DNA from: a bacterium
GTDB lineage: Bacteria > RUG730
Assembly: GCA_031551405.1 (NCBI GenBank)
Contig: JAVBNQ010000010.1
Location: 1 to 64,000, forward strand
Length of the DNA stretch: 64,000 nucleotides
Reading direction: 5' to 3'
Shown here in pieces: positions 1 to 13,504 of this stretch. Within the stretch, counting starts at the first letter, position 1. Every line of letters begins with the position of its first letter. Made by a program: the position numbers and the translations under genes. Under the pieces are notes generated by a model. The model was not told the DNA's origin and made no database searches. It saw nothing but the letters and a program-made list of their open reading frames with translations.

Positions 1-2466
1 TAAATACATCGCTCCGCCACTCGTTGCAGAGTTTGACGAAAAAGTTACATCCTGAAAAGACAGGGTTGAATTACTCGCATATATAGCTCCACTTGTTCCC
101 CCAGCCCCTGTACTTTTATTTCCTTCAAATAAAGTACTGCCCTCAAACGTTGCCGTAGATCTATCTACATACATCGCTCCGCCATGACTGGTTGCAGAGT
201 TGGACGAAAAAGTTATATCTTGAAAAGACAGGGCTGAATTACTCGCATATACAGCTCCTCCATACAAAGTTAAAGACCTATTCCCTTCAAATGTAGTACT
301 ACCTTTAAAAATAGCGACGGATTTATCTAAATATATTGCTCCACCCGATTGAGTTGTTTCGTTATTTTTAAAGGTCACAGTAGAAAAAGAAAGATATGTA
401 GAGGTACTATATATAGCTCCACCTTTGCCTACACCAATAACTTTATTCCCTTCAAACCAAGATTCTGTGGAAAAAGTTGCCGTAGATTGAAGTATATACA
501 TCGCTCCGCCATCGCCTGGTGCTGTATTATCTTTAAAAGTTACTCCACCAAAAGACAAAAATGAATTATTGCTCACATAGATAGCTCCTCCAGTTCCACC
601 AGCCCCTGTACTTTTATTCCCTTCAAATAGAGTACTTCCTCCAAACGTTGCGGTAGATTGAGTTAGATACATCGCCCCACCATTGCCACCAGCCCCCGTA
701 CTTTTATTTGCTTCAAAGATAGTACTGCCTCCAAACGTTACCGTAGATTGAGATAAATACATCGCTCCACCAATGCCTGTTGCAGAGTTGGACGAAAAAG
801 CTACGCCATCAAAAAACAAAAATGAATTATTACTCGCATAGACAGCTCCTCCGCTGGACAACCCTGCCTTATTTCCTGTAAATGTGGTACTGCCTCCAAA
901 TGTTGCCGTAGATTGAGATAGATACATCGCTCCGCCTTGACTGGTTGCAGAGTTGGACGAAAAAGTTACGTCCTGAAGAAAAGACAAAGATGCATTCGTC
1001 TTAGCGTATACAGCTCCACCGTAGAAATTAGAAGCCTTATTTCCTTCAAACAAAACTTCCCCAGAAAACTTGGCAATAGAGCCATTATCTAAAAATATTG
1101 CCCCTCCATAAGAACCAGTGCTTTTATTCCCTTCAAATAAAGCACTACCTCCAAACGTTGCAGTAGATGAGTATAAATACATCGCTCCACCATTAAACCC
1201 TGCTGTGTTGCCTTTAAAAGTTACGTCCTGAAGAAAAGTTAAAAACGCATTATCTTCATAAATAGCTCCGCCGCCGGAAACTGCAGTATTTCCATTAAAT
1301 GTAGTACTACTTTTAAAGGTAGCCCTGGATTGGTTTAAATACATTGCTCCACCATGCTTTGTTACTGTGTTGTTTTTAAAAGTTACGTCTTGAAAAGACA
1401 AAATTGCATTATTATAAGCATAAACAGCTCCTCCAGTTCCATCAGTTCCCGTACTTTTATTCCCTTCAAATAGAGTACTGCCTCCAAACGTTGCGGTAGA
1501 TTGAGTTAGACGCATCGCTCCACCATAACCTGTTGGTCCTGCTATGTTGTTTCTAAAAGTTGCATCCTGAAGAAAAGACACTAAGGATTTAGAATAGAGA
1601 TAGATAGCCCCACCAGATCCTGTACTTGTATTCCCTTCGAATAAAGCACTGCCTTCAAACTTTGCGGTAGTTTGATCTAAAAACAACGCTCCACCTTCAA
1701 ATGCTGTATTGCCTTTAAAATCTGCGCGCCGAAAAAATAATACAGTGGAGTTATTTAGATACATCGCTCCACCTAATCCGCCTATTTTATTTGCAGAATT
1801 GGACGAAAAGGTCACATCCTCAAAAGACAAAAATGAATTCACCGCAAATATAGCTCCACCAGCTCTAGGAGCTCCAGTACTTTTGTTCCCTTCAAATAAA
1901 GTACTACCTCCAAATGTTGCGGTAGATTGAGATAAATACATCACTCCACCTTCATCTGCTGTGTTGTCTTTAAAAGTTACATCCAAAAAAGACAAGAATG
2001 AATAATTATCTGCATATATAACTCCACCTGTTCCGGCCTTATTATTTTTAAGAGTTACATTTTTTAATGTTGTTGTTGCGCCTGCAATACTAAGTGCTCC
2101 GCCGCTTCCGGTGGTGTTTCCATTTTCAAATCTAATATTTTCAACTTTAAAAATACTACCTGATGAAATATCAAAAAATTTAGTTAATACAGAACCTGTA
2201 CTAATTGCAACTTGCTCAGTAGAAGAGGATTTTAAAACAACGTTTTTATTCGCAATACTAAACGCAGCGATAAGGCTATTATCATTATTATATACAACTA
2301 TTTCATCGTTAGTTGCTAAAACACTTGCATCTTTTAAAACCTTTAAAGTAGCATATGTTTTTCCGGCTCCGACATCTCGTACGGTTGCCAAAAGATTCAT
2401 ATTAAAATTTGTAAAAAAGAAAAAATTACAAATAATGAAAGCAATCCATTTTTTCATTTTTTCCAT
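1..2466 (-). CDS. Secreted polymorphic-membrane-protein (Pmp/Chlam_PMP-like) repeat protein, probable autotransporter passenger; truncated by window edge
   Basis: Manual minus-strand translation from ATG at 2466 (RBS AGAGGAGAGG) gives MEKMKKWIAFIICNFFLFTNFNMNLLA (signal-like), then >20 alternating FxxN and GGA(I/M/V)Y motifs (e.g. FSSNSATSGGAMYL at 1-60). No stop found in the stretches read (1-1140, 2041-2466); both ends share one frame. Absent from the ORF track because it has no stop in the window. Confidence 0.88.
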   Translation of the reverse strand, partial: MEKMKKWIAFIICNFFFFTNFNMNLLATVRDVGAGKTYATLKVLKDASVLATNDEIVVYNNDNSLIAAFSIANKNVVLKSSSTEQVAISTGSVLTKFFDISSGSIFKVENIRFENGNTTGSGGALSIAGATTTLKNVTLKNNKAGTGGVIYADNYSFLSFLDVTFKDNTADEGGVMYLSQSTATFGGSTLFEGNKSTGAPRAGGAIFAVNSFLSFEDVTFSSNSANKIGGLGGAMYLNNSTVLFFRRADFKGNTAFEGGALFLDQTTAKFEGSALFEGNTSTGSGGAIYLYSKSLVSFLQDATFRNNIAGPTGYGGAMRLTQSTATFGGSTLFEGNKSTGTDGTGGAVYAYNNAILSFQDVTFKNNTVTKHGGAMYLNQSRATFKSSTTFNGNTAVSGGGAIYEDNAFLTFLQDVTFKGNTAGFNGGAMYLYSSTATFGGSALFEGNKSTGSYGGAIFLDNGSIAKFSGEVLFEGNKASNFYGGAVYAKTNASLSFLQDVTFSSNSATSQGGAMYLSQSTATFGGSTTFTGNKAGLSSGGAVYASNNSFLFFDGVAFSSNSATGIGGAMYLSQSTVTFGGSTIFEANKSTGAGGNGGAMYLTQSTATFGGSTLFEGNKSTGAGGTGGAIYVSNNSFLSFGGVTFKDNTAPGDGGAMYILQSTATFSTESWFEGNKVIGVGKGGAIYSTSTYLSFSTVTFKNNETTQSGGAIYLDKSVAIFKGSTTFEGNRSLTLYGGAVYASNSALSFQDITFSSNSATSHGGAMYVDRSTATFEGSTLFEGNKSTGAGGTSGAIYASNSTLSFQDVTFSSNSATSGGAMYL

Positions 2467-2583
2467 ACAATAACCTCTCCTCTTAAAATAACTGTTATAA
2501 ATTTTAACAAAAAGCAACCCTATTTATCTAATTTTCTAATGAAATTTATTTAAGCACATTTAATGCCAAAATTCTAGTATTTT

Positions 2584-5085
2584 TTACTCATGATTTTCAT
2601 TCATATCTTCTTCTTTCAAAAGCTCGACTTTTGCAAGCGAAATGAGTTTGTCGCCTTCGTTCATTTTTATAAGCCGAACGCCTTGCGCGTTTCTGCCAAT
2701 AACTGAAATTCCCGACGCTCTTTGCCTTATTATCATCCCTTTTTCTGTGATTAAAATAATCTCGTCGTCATTATGAACAGTTTTAATGCCGATTACTTTT
2801 CCATTTCTGTCAGAAGTTTTGATATTTATGACGCCTTTTCCGCCTCGATTTTGGATACGATACGCTGTAGTTTTACTTCTTTTTCCGTAGCCATTTTCCG
2901 TCGCAACCAAAAAAGTTCCGTCTTCTTCAAGACTTATATCCATGCCGATCACCTCGTCGTTATCTTTGAGCCTGATCGCGATCACGCCTTTCGAAGTTCT
3001 ACCAATTGACCGAATCTTTTCCTCATTAAAATGTATCGCAAGTCCATTTCTTGAAGCAATAATTATTTCATGTTTTCCACTCGTTTTTTTGACTTCCACG
3101 AGCTCGTCTCCGTCGTTAAGAGTGATAGCAATAATTCCGTTTTTACGAGGATTTGAGTATTCGCTTAGTTCGGTTTTCTTAATAATTCCATTTTTCGTCA
3201 CCATCACCAAATATTCCTCGATGTCAGTAAATTTTCTGATTGGAATAGCGGCCGTGATTTTTTCGTCTGGTTGTAAATTTATCAAGTTCACGATAGCTTT
3301 TCCTTTCGCTTGTCTCGACGCTTCCGGAATATGATAAGCTTTTAACCAATAAACTCTGCCGAAATTCGTAAAAAATAAAATATACGAATGCGTCGTGCAA
3401 ATCATAATATCCTTAACAAAATCTTCCTCTTTCGTTGTCATTGCTGACAAACCTTTTCCTCCGCGATTTTGCGCCTGATATGTCTCAGTCAAAACACGTT
3501 TTATGTAGCCGGTATTTGAAAGAGTGATTACGATATCTTCCTCGTCGATCAAATCTTCAAAATCAATGTCTTGTGTATCTTCAGCGATTTCGGTTTTTCG
3601 CGCGTCGCCATAATTTTCCTTTAACTCTTTTAATTCATCTTTTATGATTGCTTTTAATTTTTCGTCGTCTGCCAAAATTTCTTTGATTTCTTTAATTTTT
3701 TTGCAAAGCTCGTCAAATTCCTGATCAAGCTTTTCCCTCTCAAGGCCGGTAAGTTGCTGGAGCCTCATTTCCAAAATTGCTTGAGATTGCCGCATCGACA
3801 AATTAAATTCCGCCATCAAAATATTTTTTGCAGAATCAGTATCCTCGGCAGATCGAATAATTTCTATTACTCTGTCGATATTGTCAATCGCAACTTTCAA
3901 ACCTTCGAGAATATGCGCTCTGTCTTCGGCTTTTTGCAATTCAAATTCCAATCTCCTCGTAGTTACCTCGACTCTATGCTCAAGATAATGGTGCAAAATT
4001 TCTTTCAGATTTAAAACTTTCGGACGATTGTTTACTAGAGCAAGCATTATGATTCCAAATGAATTTTGAAGCTGCGTGTGTTTGTAGAGTTGATTCAAAA
4101 CAACTTGCGAATTTTCGTCTTTCTTTAGCTCAACAACCATTCGCATTCCGTCTTTGTTTGACTCATCGCGAAGATCAACAATTCCGGTCAATTTTTTGTC
4201 CTTTACGAGCTCGGCTATATTTTGCAAAAGATTCGCTTTGTTGACTTGATACGGAAGCTCTGTGAAAACAATTTGTTCTTTTCCAGTCATAATTTCTTCG
4301 ATTTCATATTTTGCGCGAATTTTGACGCTTCCTCGTCCGGTTTCATAAGCGTCTCTTATTCCTTTTTTCCCACAAATCATTGCAGCCGTCGGGAAATCCG
4401 GACCTTTGATAAGTTCGTTTAATTCCGAAATCGTACAATTCGGATTTTCCATCAAATAAATTATTCCATCAATAATTTCTGTCAAATTATGCGGCGGAAT
4501 ATTTGTAGCCATTCCGACTGCGATTCCACTCGAGCCATTGATCAAAAGATTTGGTAAAAGAGCCGGCAAAACGCTAGGCTCGTCTTTTGATCCGTCAAAG
4601 TTCGGCACAAAATCAACCGTATCTTTGTCAATATCTTTCAAAAGCTCGTCTGTGATATTCATCATCTTGACTTCGGTGTAACGATAAGCCGCAGCAGAAT
4701 CTCCGTCGATCGAACCAAAATTCCCCTGACCTTTTATGAGCGGATAACGAAGAGAAAAATCCTGCACCATTCTTACCATAGTATTATAAACTGCCATATC
4801 TCCGTGCGGATGATATTTTCCCAGAACGTCTCCAACGACAGTTGCTGACTTTTTGAAAGCTTTCGAGTGATAAAGCCCGAGTTCTTTCATAGCGTATAAA
4901 ACTCGACGGTGAACAGGCTTGAGTCCGTCTCTCACATCCGGCAAAGCTCGCCCGACGATCACGCTCATTGCGTAATCGAGATAGGCTTTTTTCATTTCCT
5001 CTTCGATACTTCGAGGCGCAATCCCGCTCGCCGAATATTCCAAAAACTCCTGATCAATATCCGTGTTTATTCTCTTTTTTGCCAT
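2584..5085 (-). CDS. gyrA: DNA gyrase subunit A
   Basis: [22 protein letters not shown], catalytic AAYRYTE, GyrA-box QNRGGKG, C-terminal pinwheel repeats. Confidence 0.98.
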   Translation of the reverse strand: MAKKRINTDIDQEFLEYSASGIAPRSIEEEMKKAYLDYAMSVIVGRALPDVRDGLKPVHRRVLYAMKELGLYHSKAFKKSATVVGDVLGKYHPHGDMAVYNTMVRMVQDFSLRYPLIKGQGNFGSIDGDSAAAYRYTEVKMMNITDELLKDIDKDTVDFVPNFDGSKDEPSVLPALLPNLLINGSSGIAVGMATNIPPHNLTEIIDGIIYLMENPNCTISELNELIKGPDFPTAAMICGKKGIRDAYETGRGSVKIRAKYEIEEIMTGKEQIVFTELPYQVNKANLLQNIAELVKDKKLTGIVDLRDESNKDGMRMVVELKKDENSQVVLNQLYKHTQLQNSFGIIMLALVNNRPKVLNLKEILHHYLEHRVEVTTRRLEFELQKAEDRAHILEGLKVAIDNIDRVIEIIRSAEDTDSAKNILMAEFNLSMRQSQAILEMRLQQLTGLEREKLDQEFDELCKKIKEIKEILADDEKLKAIIKDELKELKENYGDARKTEIAEDTQDIDFEDLIDEEDIVITLSNTGYIKRVLTETYQAQNRGGKGLSAMTTKEEDFVKDIMICTTHSYILFFTNFGRVYWLKAYHIPEASRQAKGKAIVNLINLQPDEKITAAIPIRKFTDIEEYLVMVTKNGIIKKTELSEYSNPRKNGIIAITLNDGDELVEVKKTSGKHEIIIASRNGLAIHFNEEKIRSIGRTSKGVIAIRLKDNDEVIGMDISLEEDGTFLVATENGYGKRSKTTAYRIQNRGGKGVINIKTSDRNGKVIGIKTVHNDDEIILITEKGMIIRQRASGISVIGRNAQGVRLIKMNEGDKLISLAKVELLKEEDMNENHE

Positions 5086-5150
5086 TTTTCGCTCCCTTAC
5101 GACTTTTCTTAAATTCTAAAATAAGTTTCTATGAATTATTCGCCAAAATT

Positions 5151-6092
5151 TCATTTTTTTGAATTTATAAAAACGATTTCTCTAAGTTCATTAAATCTAT
5201 AAATAATTGTGTCTAAAATAATTCCTGTAATTAAAAATAAAATCGACAAAAACATGAGTCCAGTCGACAAAATCGCCAAAGGCACATGACTAACATATCG
5301 CGTTTTTAAAAACTCCAAAATCACCGGAGCTCCTGCCGTCATCGCGAATAAAAAAAACAAACCACCAATCATTGAAAAAAATAAAAGCGGTTTATAATTT
5401 TTAAAAATTGAAATTATTCGTCTTATCACAAAAAAACCGTCTGAAAAAGTATTTAATTTTGATTCGCTTCCAAGAGGCCGGTCTTTGTATTCAATTGGAA
5501 TTTCTACGACGCTAAATTTATTTTGGATAGCGTAGAGCGTCATATCAGTTTCGAGCTCAAATCCTTCGACCAAAATCGGATAATTTTTCACAAATTCCCG
5601 ACTAAAAACTCGATAACCCGTCATTATGTCAGTCAGATTTGCTTTAAATAATTTGTTGATCAAGTTACAAACAAGCCCGTTCCCAAAATTATGAAAAGCC
5701 CGCTTATTTTCTTTGAGATATAAACCTTTTGAAAGCCTGTCGCCAACTACCATTTCAGCTTCTTTTTTAACGACTGGCTCGAGCAACTTATGAATATCTA
5801 TCGCAGAGTAAGTCAAGTCTGCGTCGACCATTACATAAATATCAGCTTCGATTTCAGTAAAAGCTTTTCTTATTGCATTTGATTTCCCTTGCTTTTTTTC
5901 AAATAATAAAACGCCTTTTTCGCCAAGTTTTTGCAATTCTTCTTTAGCAATAGAATTAGTTTTATCTTTTGAATTATTGTCTATCACGACGACAGTTGCT
6001 TCAGGCAATTCTCTATAAAATTCCTCGATTACTTCTTTTATTGTAATTTCTTCATTATAAGCCGGAATAATTATTGCTATTTTAGAGTTCAT
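5151..6092 (-). CDS. Family 2 glycosyltransferase, polyprenol-phosphate sugar transferase (GtrB/DPM-like) with two C-terminal TM helices
   Basis: IIIPAYNEE, IDNNSKD, VDAD (DxD), D-I-M-T-G-Y-R, hydrophobic C-terminal pair. Confidence 0.9.
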   Translation of the reverse strand: MNSKIAIIIPAYNEEITIKEVIEEFYRELPEATVVVIDNNSKDKTNSIAKEELQKLGEKGVLLFEKKQGKSNAIRKAFTEIEADIYVMVDADLTYSAIDIHKLLEPVVKKEAEMVVGDRLSKGLYLKENKRAFHNFGNGLVCNLINKLFKANLTDIMTGYRVFSREFVKNYPILVEGFELETDMTLYAIQNKFSVVEIPIEYKDRPLGSESKLNTFSDGFFVIRRIISIFKNYKPLLFFSMIGGLFFLFAMTAGAPVILEFLKTRYVSHVPLAILSTGLMFLSILFLITGIILDTIIYRFNELREIVFINSKK

Positions 6093-6156
6093 TTTGCCTC
6101 ACGGTAGTCTCGCTTATTTTTTATTTTTCGGTTAATTTTCCGAATAAAATAAACAT

Positions 6157-7833
6157 TTATTTTGTCTTAAGATAAAAAATCCTATCGTTTTTTTGCGATA
6201 ATTCGTATTTATCTTTATCTAAAATATTTTCAATATCTGTAACAATCTCGCCATCAACAAAAATTTCTTTATTATTAGATAGCAAAGCATCTAAATAGTT
6301 GTCGAGATCTATTTTATTTTTTGGGAAATCTGTTTTTCGCTCAACAGCTTCAAATTTTTTATAATAAGCTTGCATATATGCATAAAAATATGGTTGATAA
6401 TCATCATATGTCAAAAAAACAGCTTGTTTATTATTGCTAATTTTTAAGTTTTCATAAATAAAGTTATAATTCGCGTATATCGGACTGCTATTTATATCTC
6501 TAAATTGAAAAATATTATGACTGGAAAAAGAATTGTAAATAAAAAAACTAATAACCACTATAAGCAAACTTAATATTATTTTTATTTTGTCTTTTGCCTC
6601 ATTATTAACCATAAATAAAAAAAACAAAAGACACAAAATTAGTGGCACAGTTCCAACATCCAAATAATGGTAATACTCGTACTGTAAAAACAAAAAACCT
6701 AAAATTATTGCAAAAAATGGAATTATAAAAAGAAATAAGAAATTTATATTTTTTTTGAAATCAGTATTTTTTAGGTTTTTAAATGTAATTAAAAAAGCGC
6801 TAACCAACCCGGAAATTTGTAAAAATATTAAAAAACTTTCAAAGAAATTTTTGGGCTGCCAAACGTTAAACACGTTTAAACTATATTGCATAATTGAACT
6901 ATAAAATCTTTTAATAGAAGCTGCTGACAAAATATTAGTTTTATAACCACTATCTGAAATATAATTTATTAAAACGAAAATATTGCCGGTTTTGAAATAA
7001 TTCGCCAGTACAAAATAATAAAACAAAGCGACTGAAGATGCTCCAACGCAAAAAGCTAGAAAATAATTAATTTTTAATTTCTTTTCAATATCGTTTTTCG
7101 AAAAAAGCCAATAAACTATATAAAAAAAAATGCCTATGCAAAAATACCCTATCGTGCTATGAGTAAATACGCACAAAGCAGTAACCATTCCGAACAAAAA
7201 AGCTTTTAAACTAGAGCTGTTTCTTAGAAAACATATACCGACGTAATAAGTAAGCATAGTCATAGCAATTGCTGAACCTATAGAATTGTGCATAACCCCA
7301 AAAGCCCAAATAGAAAAAGAAGTACCCAAAAAAAATAAAAATAACAACCCAATATAAAATGAATCAAAGAATAAAAAACCTAAACCAAATATTGCCATTA
7401 AGCCAATTACCGTCAAGATCCTAGTAGGAAAAGAAGCGACTTTTACAGCTTTTTCGAGATACAAAGGATCGTTTTCATTTAAAATTCCCAGTTTTTCACA
7501 AAATACTATAAATTTTTCTATTAAATACGGCTTCATAATATGCTGAGGTTGCAAGTTGCCTTGTTTTTTCATTGCTTCCGACATTTGAAAATAATCGTCG
7601 CCAATTGTTCCAATTGTTTTCGGATTGTAATAAACTGGTTTTGTCAAGTATCCGAAAAATAAAAATAAAATAGCCAACAAAAAAAATACTGTTTTCACAG
7701 ATTTTAAAGTAAAAAATTTTTTATATTTTAAAAGGTTAAGCCCAACGATTTCCAGAACCGGAAGTAATAAAATCCCAAAAACAAGTGAAATAAAAAATAA
7801 AAAATAGTGAGCTTTTAAAAAAGTAACTGACAA
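6157..7833 (-). CDS. Polytopic membrane protein, possible GT-C-type glycosyltransferase
   Basis: 558 aa with ~12 hydrophobic segments, an early loop with a DD motif (IGDDYFQ) and a soluble C-terminal tail; adjacent to the GT2. Function inferred from context. Confidence 0.55.
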   Translation of the reverse strand: MSVTFLKAHYFLFFISLVFGILLLPVLEIVGLNLLKYKKFFTLKSVKTVFFLLAILFLFFGYLTKPVYYNPKTIGTIGDDYFQMSEAMKKQGNLQPQHIMKPYLIEKFIVFCEKLGILNENDPLYLEKAVKVASFPTRILTVIGLMAIFGLGFLFFDSFYIGLLFLFFLGTSFSIWAFGVMHNSIGSAIAMTMLTYYVGICFLRNSSSLKAFLFGMVTALCVFTHSTIGYFCIGIFFYIVYWLFSKNDIEKKLKINYFLAFCVGASSVALFYYFVLANYFKTGNIFVLINYISDSGYKTNILSAASIKRFYSSIMQYSLNVFNVWQPKNFFESFLIFLQISGLVSAFLITFKNLKNTDFKKNINFLFLFIIPFFAIILGFLFLQYEYYHYLDVGTVPLILCLLFFLFMVNNEAKDKIKIILSLLIVVISFFIYNSFSSHNIFQFRDINSSPIYANYNFIYENLKISNNKQAVFLTYDDYQPYFYAYMQAYYKKFEAVERKTDFPKNKIDLDNYLDALLSNNKEIFVDGEIVTDIENILDKDKYELSQKNDRIFYLKTK

Positions 7834-7854
7834 TTTTTCAACTCCCTAGTTTTT

Positions 7855-10586
<2,732 letters not shown>

Positions 10587-10628
10587 AAAATCCCTAAGAT
10601 TGTAGATATTCAAATATACGCTAAGTCA

Positions 10629-10738
10629 TTGTGGACATTCCGATATCCGCAAACCATTTTGTGGACATTCCGATATCCGCAAACCATTTTGTGGATATTC
10701 CAATACCCGCAAACCACTTTGTGGATATTTTAATACCC
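10629..10738. repeat. Tandem array of ~3.7 x 30-bp imperfect palindromic units
   Basis: TTGTGGACATTCCGATATCCGCAAACCATT twice exactly (10629-10688), then TTGTGGATATTCCAATACCCGCAAACCACT and a partial fourth copy. Confidence 0.95.
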
Positions 10739-10796
10739 TATAATTTTTAATAAATCCCAAAAAAACATATTATTTGGAATTCGAATTTAATGGAGA

Positions 10797-13490
10797 TTAA
10801 TCTCGTGGTACCTTAAGTAAATTTCTTATTTTTGTTCTTATAAAATCCGTAATTTCACCGCTTTTCGCGTCAGTTTTAAAACCGGCTTGAGCTAAATCTT
10901 GCCTTCCACCACCGCCGCCGCCGAATTTGTCCGTCACGATTTTCATGATATTTTTTGCGTCAAAATCCCTCAAATCCTTGCTAATGCTGCAAATCGCGCT
11001 ATAATTTTCGTCTTCACTCGCAATCAAAAAAATTATCGAGTTAGAATTTAGTTTATTTTTCAAATTATCAGAAATTTTTCTGAGCAAATTCATCCCAACA
11101 TTTTCAAATTTCTCAATAATTAAACTTATATTGCCTATTTTTTCTATTTTTTGCGAGATATTTTGCAAGTCTAAATTTATCATTTTTTCTTTCAAAATCT
11201 CATTTTCTTTTGCCAAATTTTTATTTTGGTTTAGTAAATTTTCGACTTGCTCAACAGCTTTATCCGTCGAATTAACTAATTTTTGAATCTTTCGCATTTT
11301 CTCCAAATTCTCGTTCAAAAACTTCAAAGCTTCGCGCCCAGAAATTGCTTCGATTCGTCTGATTCCGCTCGCAACGCTAGCTTCAGAAAGTAGCTTGACA
11401 AGCGCAATTTCAGATGTTGCATTCACGTGAGTTCCGCCGCAAAATTCCGTACTAACGCACAAGTTATCGTCCCACTCCAAATTTTTCGAAATTCGCACAA
11501 CACGCACTTTTTCGCCATATTTTTCATCGAAAAAAGCCAAAGCGTTCGTTTTTTTTGCTTCTTCGAGATTCATTTCCCGAGTTTTTACCAAATAATTTGC
11601 CTCAATAAGCTCATTCAATTCAAGCTCAATTTTATCCAAAATCTCTCGTTCAATCGCTCGTGGATACGCGAAATCAAATCTGAAACCAAAAGGCGTAACC
11701 TCGGAGCCTGCTTGCTCTATGCTCGAGCCTAGATTTTTCCGCAAAACGGCTTGCAACAAATGCGTCGCAGTGTGATTTCGCCTCATTTTGTTTCGCTTTT
11801 CCACGTCAATTATTGCCACGACTTTGGCGTTTGTTTCAAAATTTCCAGAAACAATTTTCCCAAAACTCACAAAAATTTTGTTCAAATATTTTTTCGAATG
11901 CGAAACTTCAAATTTTGCAGCAACCTCGCCATTTAATCCCAAAATTACGATTTCGCCTTGATCGCTTTTTTGTCCGCCTGATTCTGCGTAAAATGGCGTT
12001 TTTTCAATTATAATTCCAATTTCTCCCGACTCACAATTTGCTTTTACCAGCAAATTAACATTTCCATTTTCAAACTTCAAAATATTTAAAATTCTAGTCT
12101 CAACCATATTTTGTGAATATCCGACGAATTCCGTATCCGGATTTTGGCTCAAAATCTCTGCAAAAACTGCGTCATTTCCGCTCCAGCCTTCAACATTTTG
12201 CCTGGATTTATTTTTTTGAGCGAGCATTTCGTCATTGTAAGCTTTTATGTCGACGGAAAAACCTTCTTCCTCTGCCAATTCCTCGATCAAATCCAGGGGC
12301 AATCCATACGTGTCAAAAAGTTTGAACGCGTCAACGCCGGAGATAATTTTGCTTTGTTTTTCCAAAGTTTTCACTTTTATCTCATTAAACATTCTCTCGC
12401 CGATAGAGAGAGTTTCCGCAAATTTTTTTTCTTCGTTATTGATTATTTCAAGGCAAACCGTTTTTTTTTCAACAAGATACGGATAAGCATTTTTCATGTT
12501 TTCGATTATTTTTTCAGCGATTTTACCAAGAAAATCATAGGCTTTAAGTTTATTTCCCTGGCGGATCGAGCGGCGAATAAGCCTCTTCAAAACATAACCT
12601 CTACCTTCGTTTCCCGAGAAAACTCCATCACTAATCATAAAAACCGCGCTTCTCATATGATCCGCAATTATCCTGTAAGCTTTTTTTACTCCGGCGTCGC
12701 CCAAATTTTCCGTATTCAAAATCGTTTTCATTTCGTCAAAAATTGACGTAAAAACATCCGTTTCATAAACAGAATCCGCATTTTGCACAACGCTCAAAAG
12801 TCGTTCAAAACCCATTCCGGTGTCAATATTTTTCTGAGGCAAAGGTTTTAAATCACCATTTTTTTGCCTGTCAAATTGAGTGAAAACAAGATTCCAAACC
12901 TCGAGATATCTATCGCAATCACAGCCAGGTTTGCAAGTATTTTTGCCGCATCCGAATTTTTCGCCCTTGTCAAAAAGAATTTCTGAACATGGGCCGCACG
13001 GACCTTGTTCTCCGATCACCCAAAAATTGCTGTTCTCTCCAAGCCTCGAAATTTTTTCTTCCGGCACAAGCTTCTTCCAAATTTCAAAAGATTCGTCGTC
13101 ATTTTTGTAAATCGTAACATAAAGTTTCTCGATAGGCAGCTTTAGTTCTCTCGTCAGAAACTCCCAAGCCCATTCGATAGCTTCTTGTTTAAAATAATCG
13201 CCAAACGAAAAGTTTCCCATCATCTCGAAAAACGTCAAATGCCTACTCGTAATTCCGATATTTTCAATATCCGTAGTTCTAACGCATTTTTGGATTGAAG
13301 CGACGCGAGGATTTTGAGGTTTAATTTTTCCCAAAAACATGTCTTTAAAAGGCGCCATTCCCGCACTATTAAAAAGTAACGATGGGTCATTCTTCGGAAT
13401 CAAAGATGCGCTTTCCTCAATTTTATGCTCTTTTGATCTAAAAAAAGCAAAAAATTTTTCTCTTAACTCGCTGCTCGATATAAAATTCAT
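10797..13490 (-). CDS. alaS: Alanyl-tRNA synthetase
   Basis: DPSLLFNSAGM, RHLTFFEMMGNFSFGDYFK, IDTGMGFER, editing HTATH and EFCGGTH, C-terminal GGGGGRQDLAQAG. Start placed at ATG 13490 with GGAG RBS. Confidence 0.98.
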   Translation of the reverse strand: MNFISSSELREKFFAFFRSKEHKIEESASLIPKNDPSLLFNSAGMAPFKDMFLGKIKPQNPRVASIQKCVRTTDIENIGITSRHLTFFEMMGNFSFGDYFKQEAIEWAWEFLTRELKLPIEKLYVTIYKNDDESFEIWKKLVPEEKISRLGENSNFWVIGEQGPCGPCSEILFDKGEKFGCGKNTCKPGCDCDRYLEVWNLVFTQFDRQKNGDLKPLPQKNIDTGMGFERLLSVVQNADSVYETDVFTSIFDEMKTILNTENLGDAGVKKAYRIIADHMRSAVFMISDGVFSGNEGRGYVLKRLIRRSIRQGNKLKAYDFLGKIAEKIIENMKNAYPYLVEKKTVCLEIINNEEKKFAETLSIGERMFNEIKVKTLEKQSKIISGVDAFKLFDTYGLPLDLIEELAEEEGFSVDIKAYNDEMLAQKNKSRQNVEGWSGNDAVFAEILSQNPDTEFVGYSQNMVETRILNILKFENGNVNLLVKANCESGEIGIIIEKTPFYAESGGQKSDQGEIVILGLNGEVAAKFEVSHSKKYLNKIFVSFGKIVSGNFETNAKVVAIIDVEKRNKMRRNHTATHLLQAVLRKNLGSSIEQAGSEVTPFGFRFDFAYPRAIEREILDKIELELNELIEANYLVKTREMNLEEAKKTNALAFFDEKYGEKVRVVRISKNLEWDDNLCVSTEFCGGTHVNATSEIALVKLLSEASVASGIRRIEAISGREALKFLNENLEKMRKIQKLVNSTDKAVEQVENLLNQNKNLAKENEILKEKMINLDLQNISQKIEKIGNISLIIEKFENVGMNLLRKISDNLKNKLNSNSIIFLIASEDENYSAICSISKDLRDFDAKNIMKIVTDKFGGGGGGRQDLAQAGFKTDAKSGEITDFIRTKIRNLLKVPRD

Positions 13491-13504
13491 AAAAACTCCA
13501 ATTT

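Noticed and set aside
1..2466. Diversity-generating retroelement template/variable repeats
   Set aside because: No reverse transcriptase is present, and differences between repeats are not confined to adenines.
349..2473. Plus-strand ORFs 349-564, 1709-1930 and 2111-2473, and similar short antisense ORFs across the window
   Set aside because: They are antisense shadows of well-supported genes on the opposite strand and have no recognisable motifs.
10629..10738. CRISPR array
   Set aside because: The 30-bp units are contiguous with no unique spacers, and there are no cas genes in the window.
10600..10800. Active oriC
   Set aside because: Gene orientation does not switch here, dnaA/dnaN are absent and no box is a perfect match. 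Kept only as one hypothesis in the findings.
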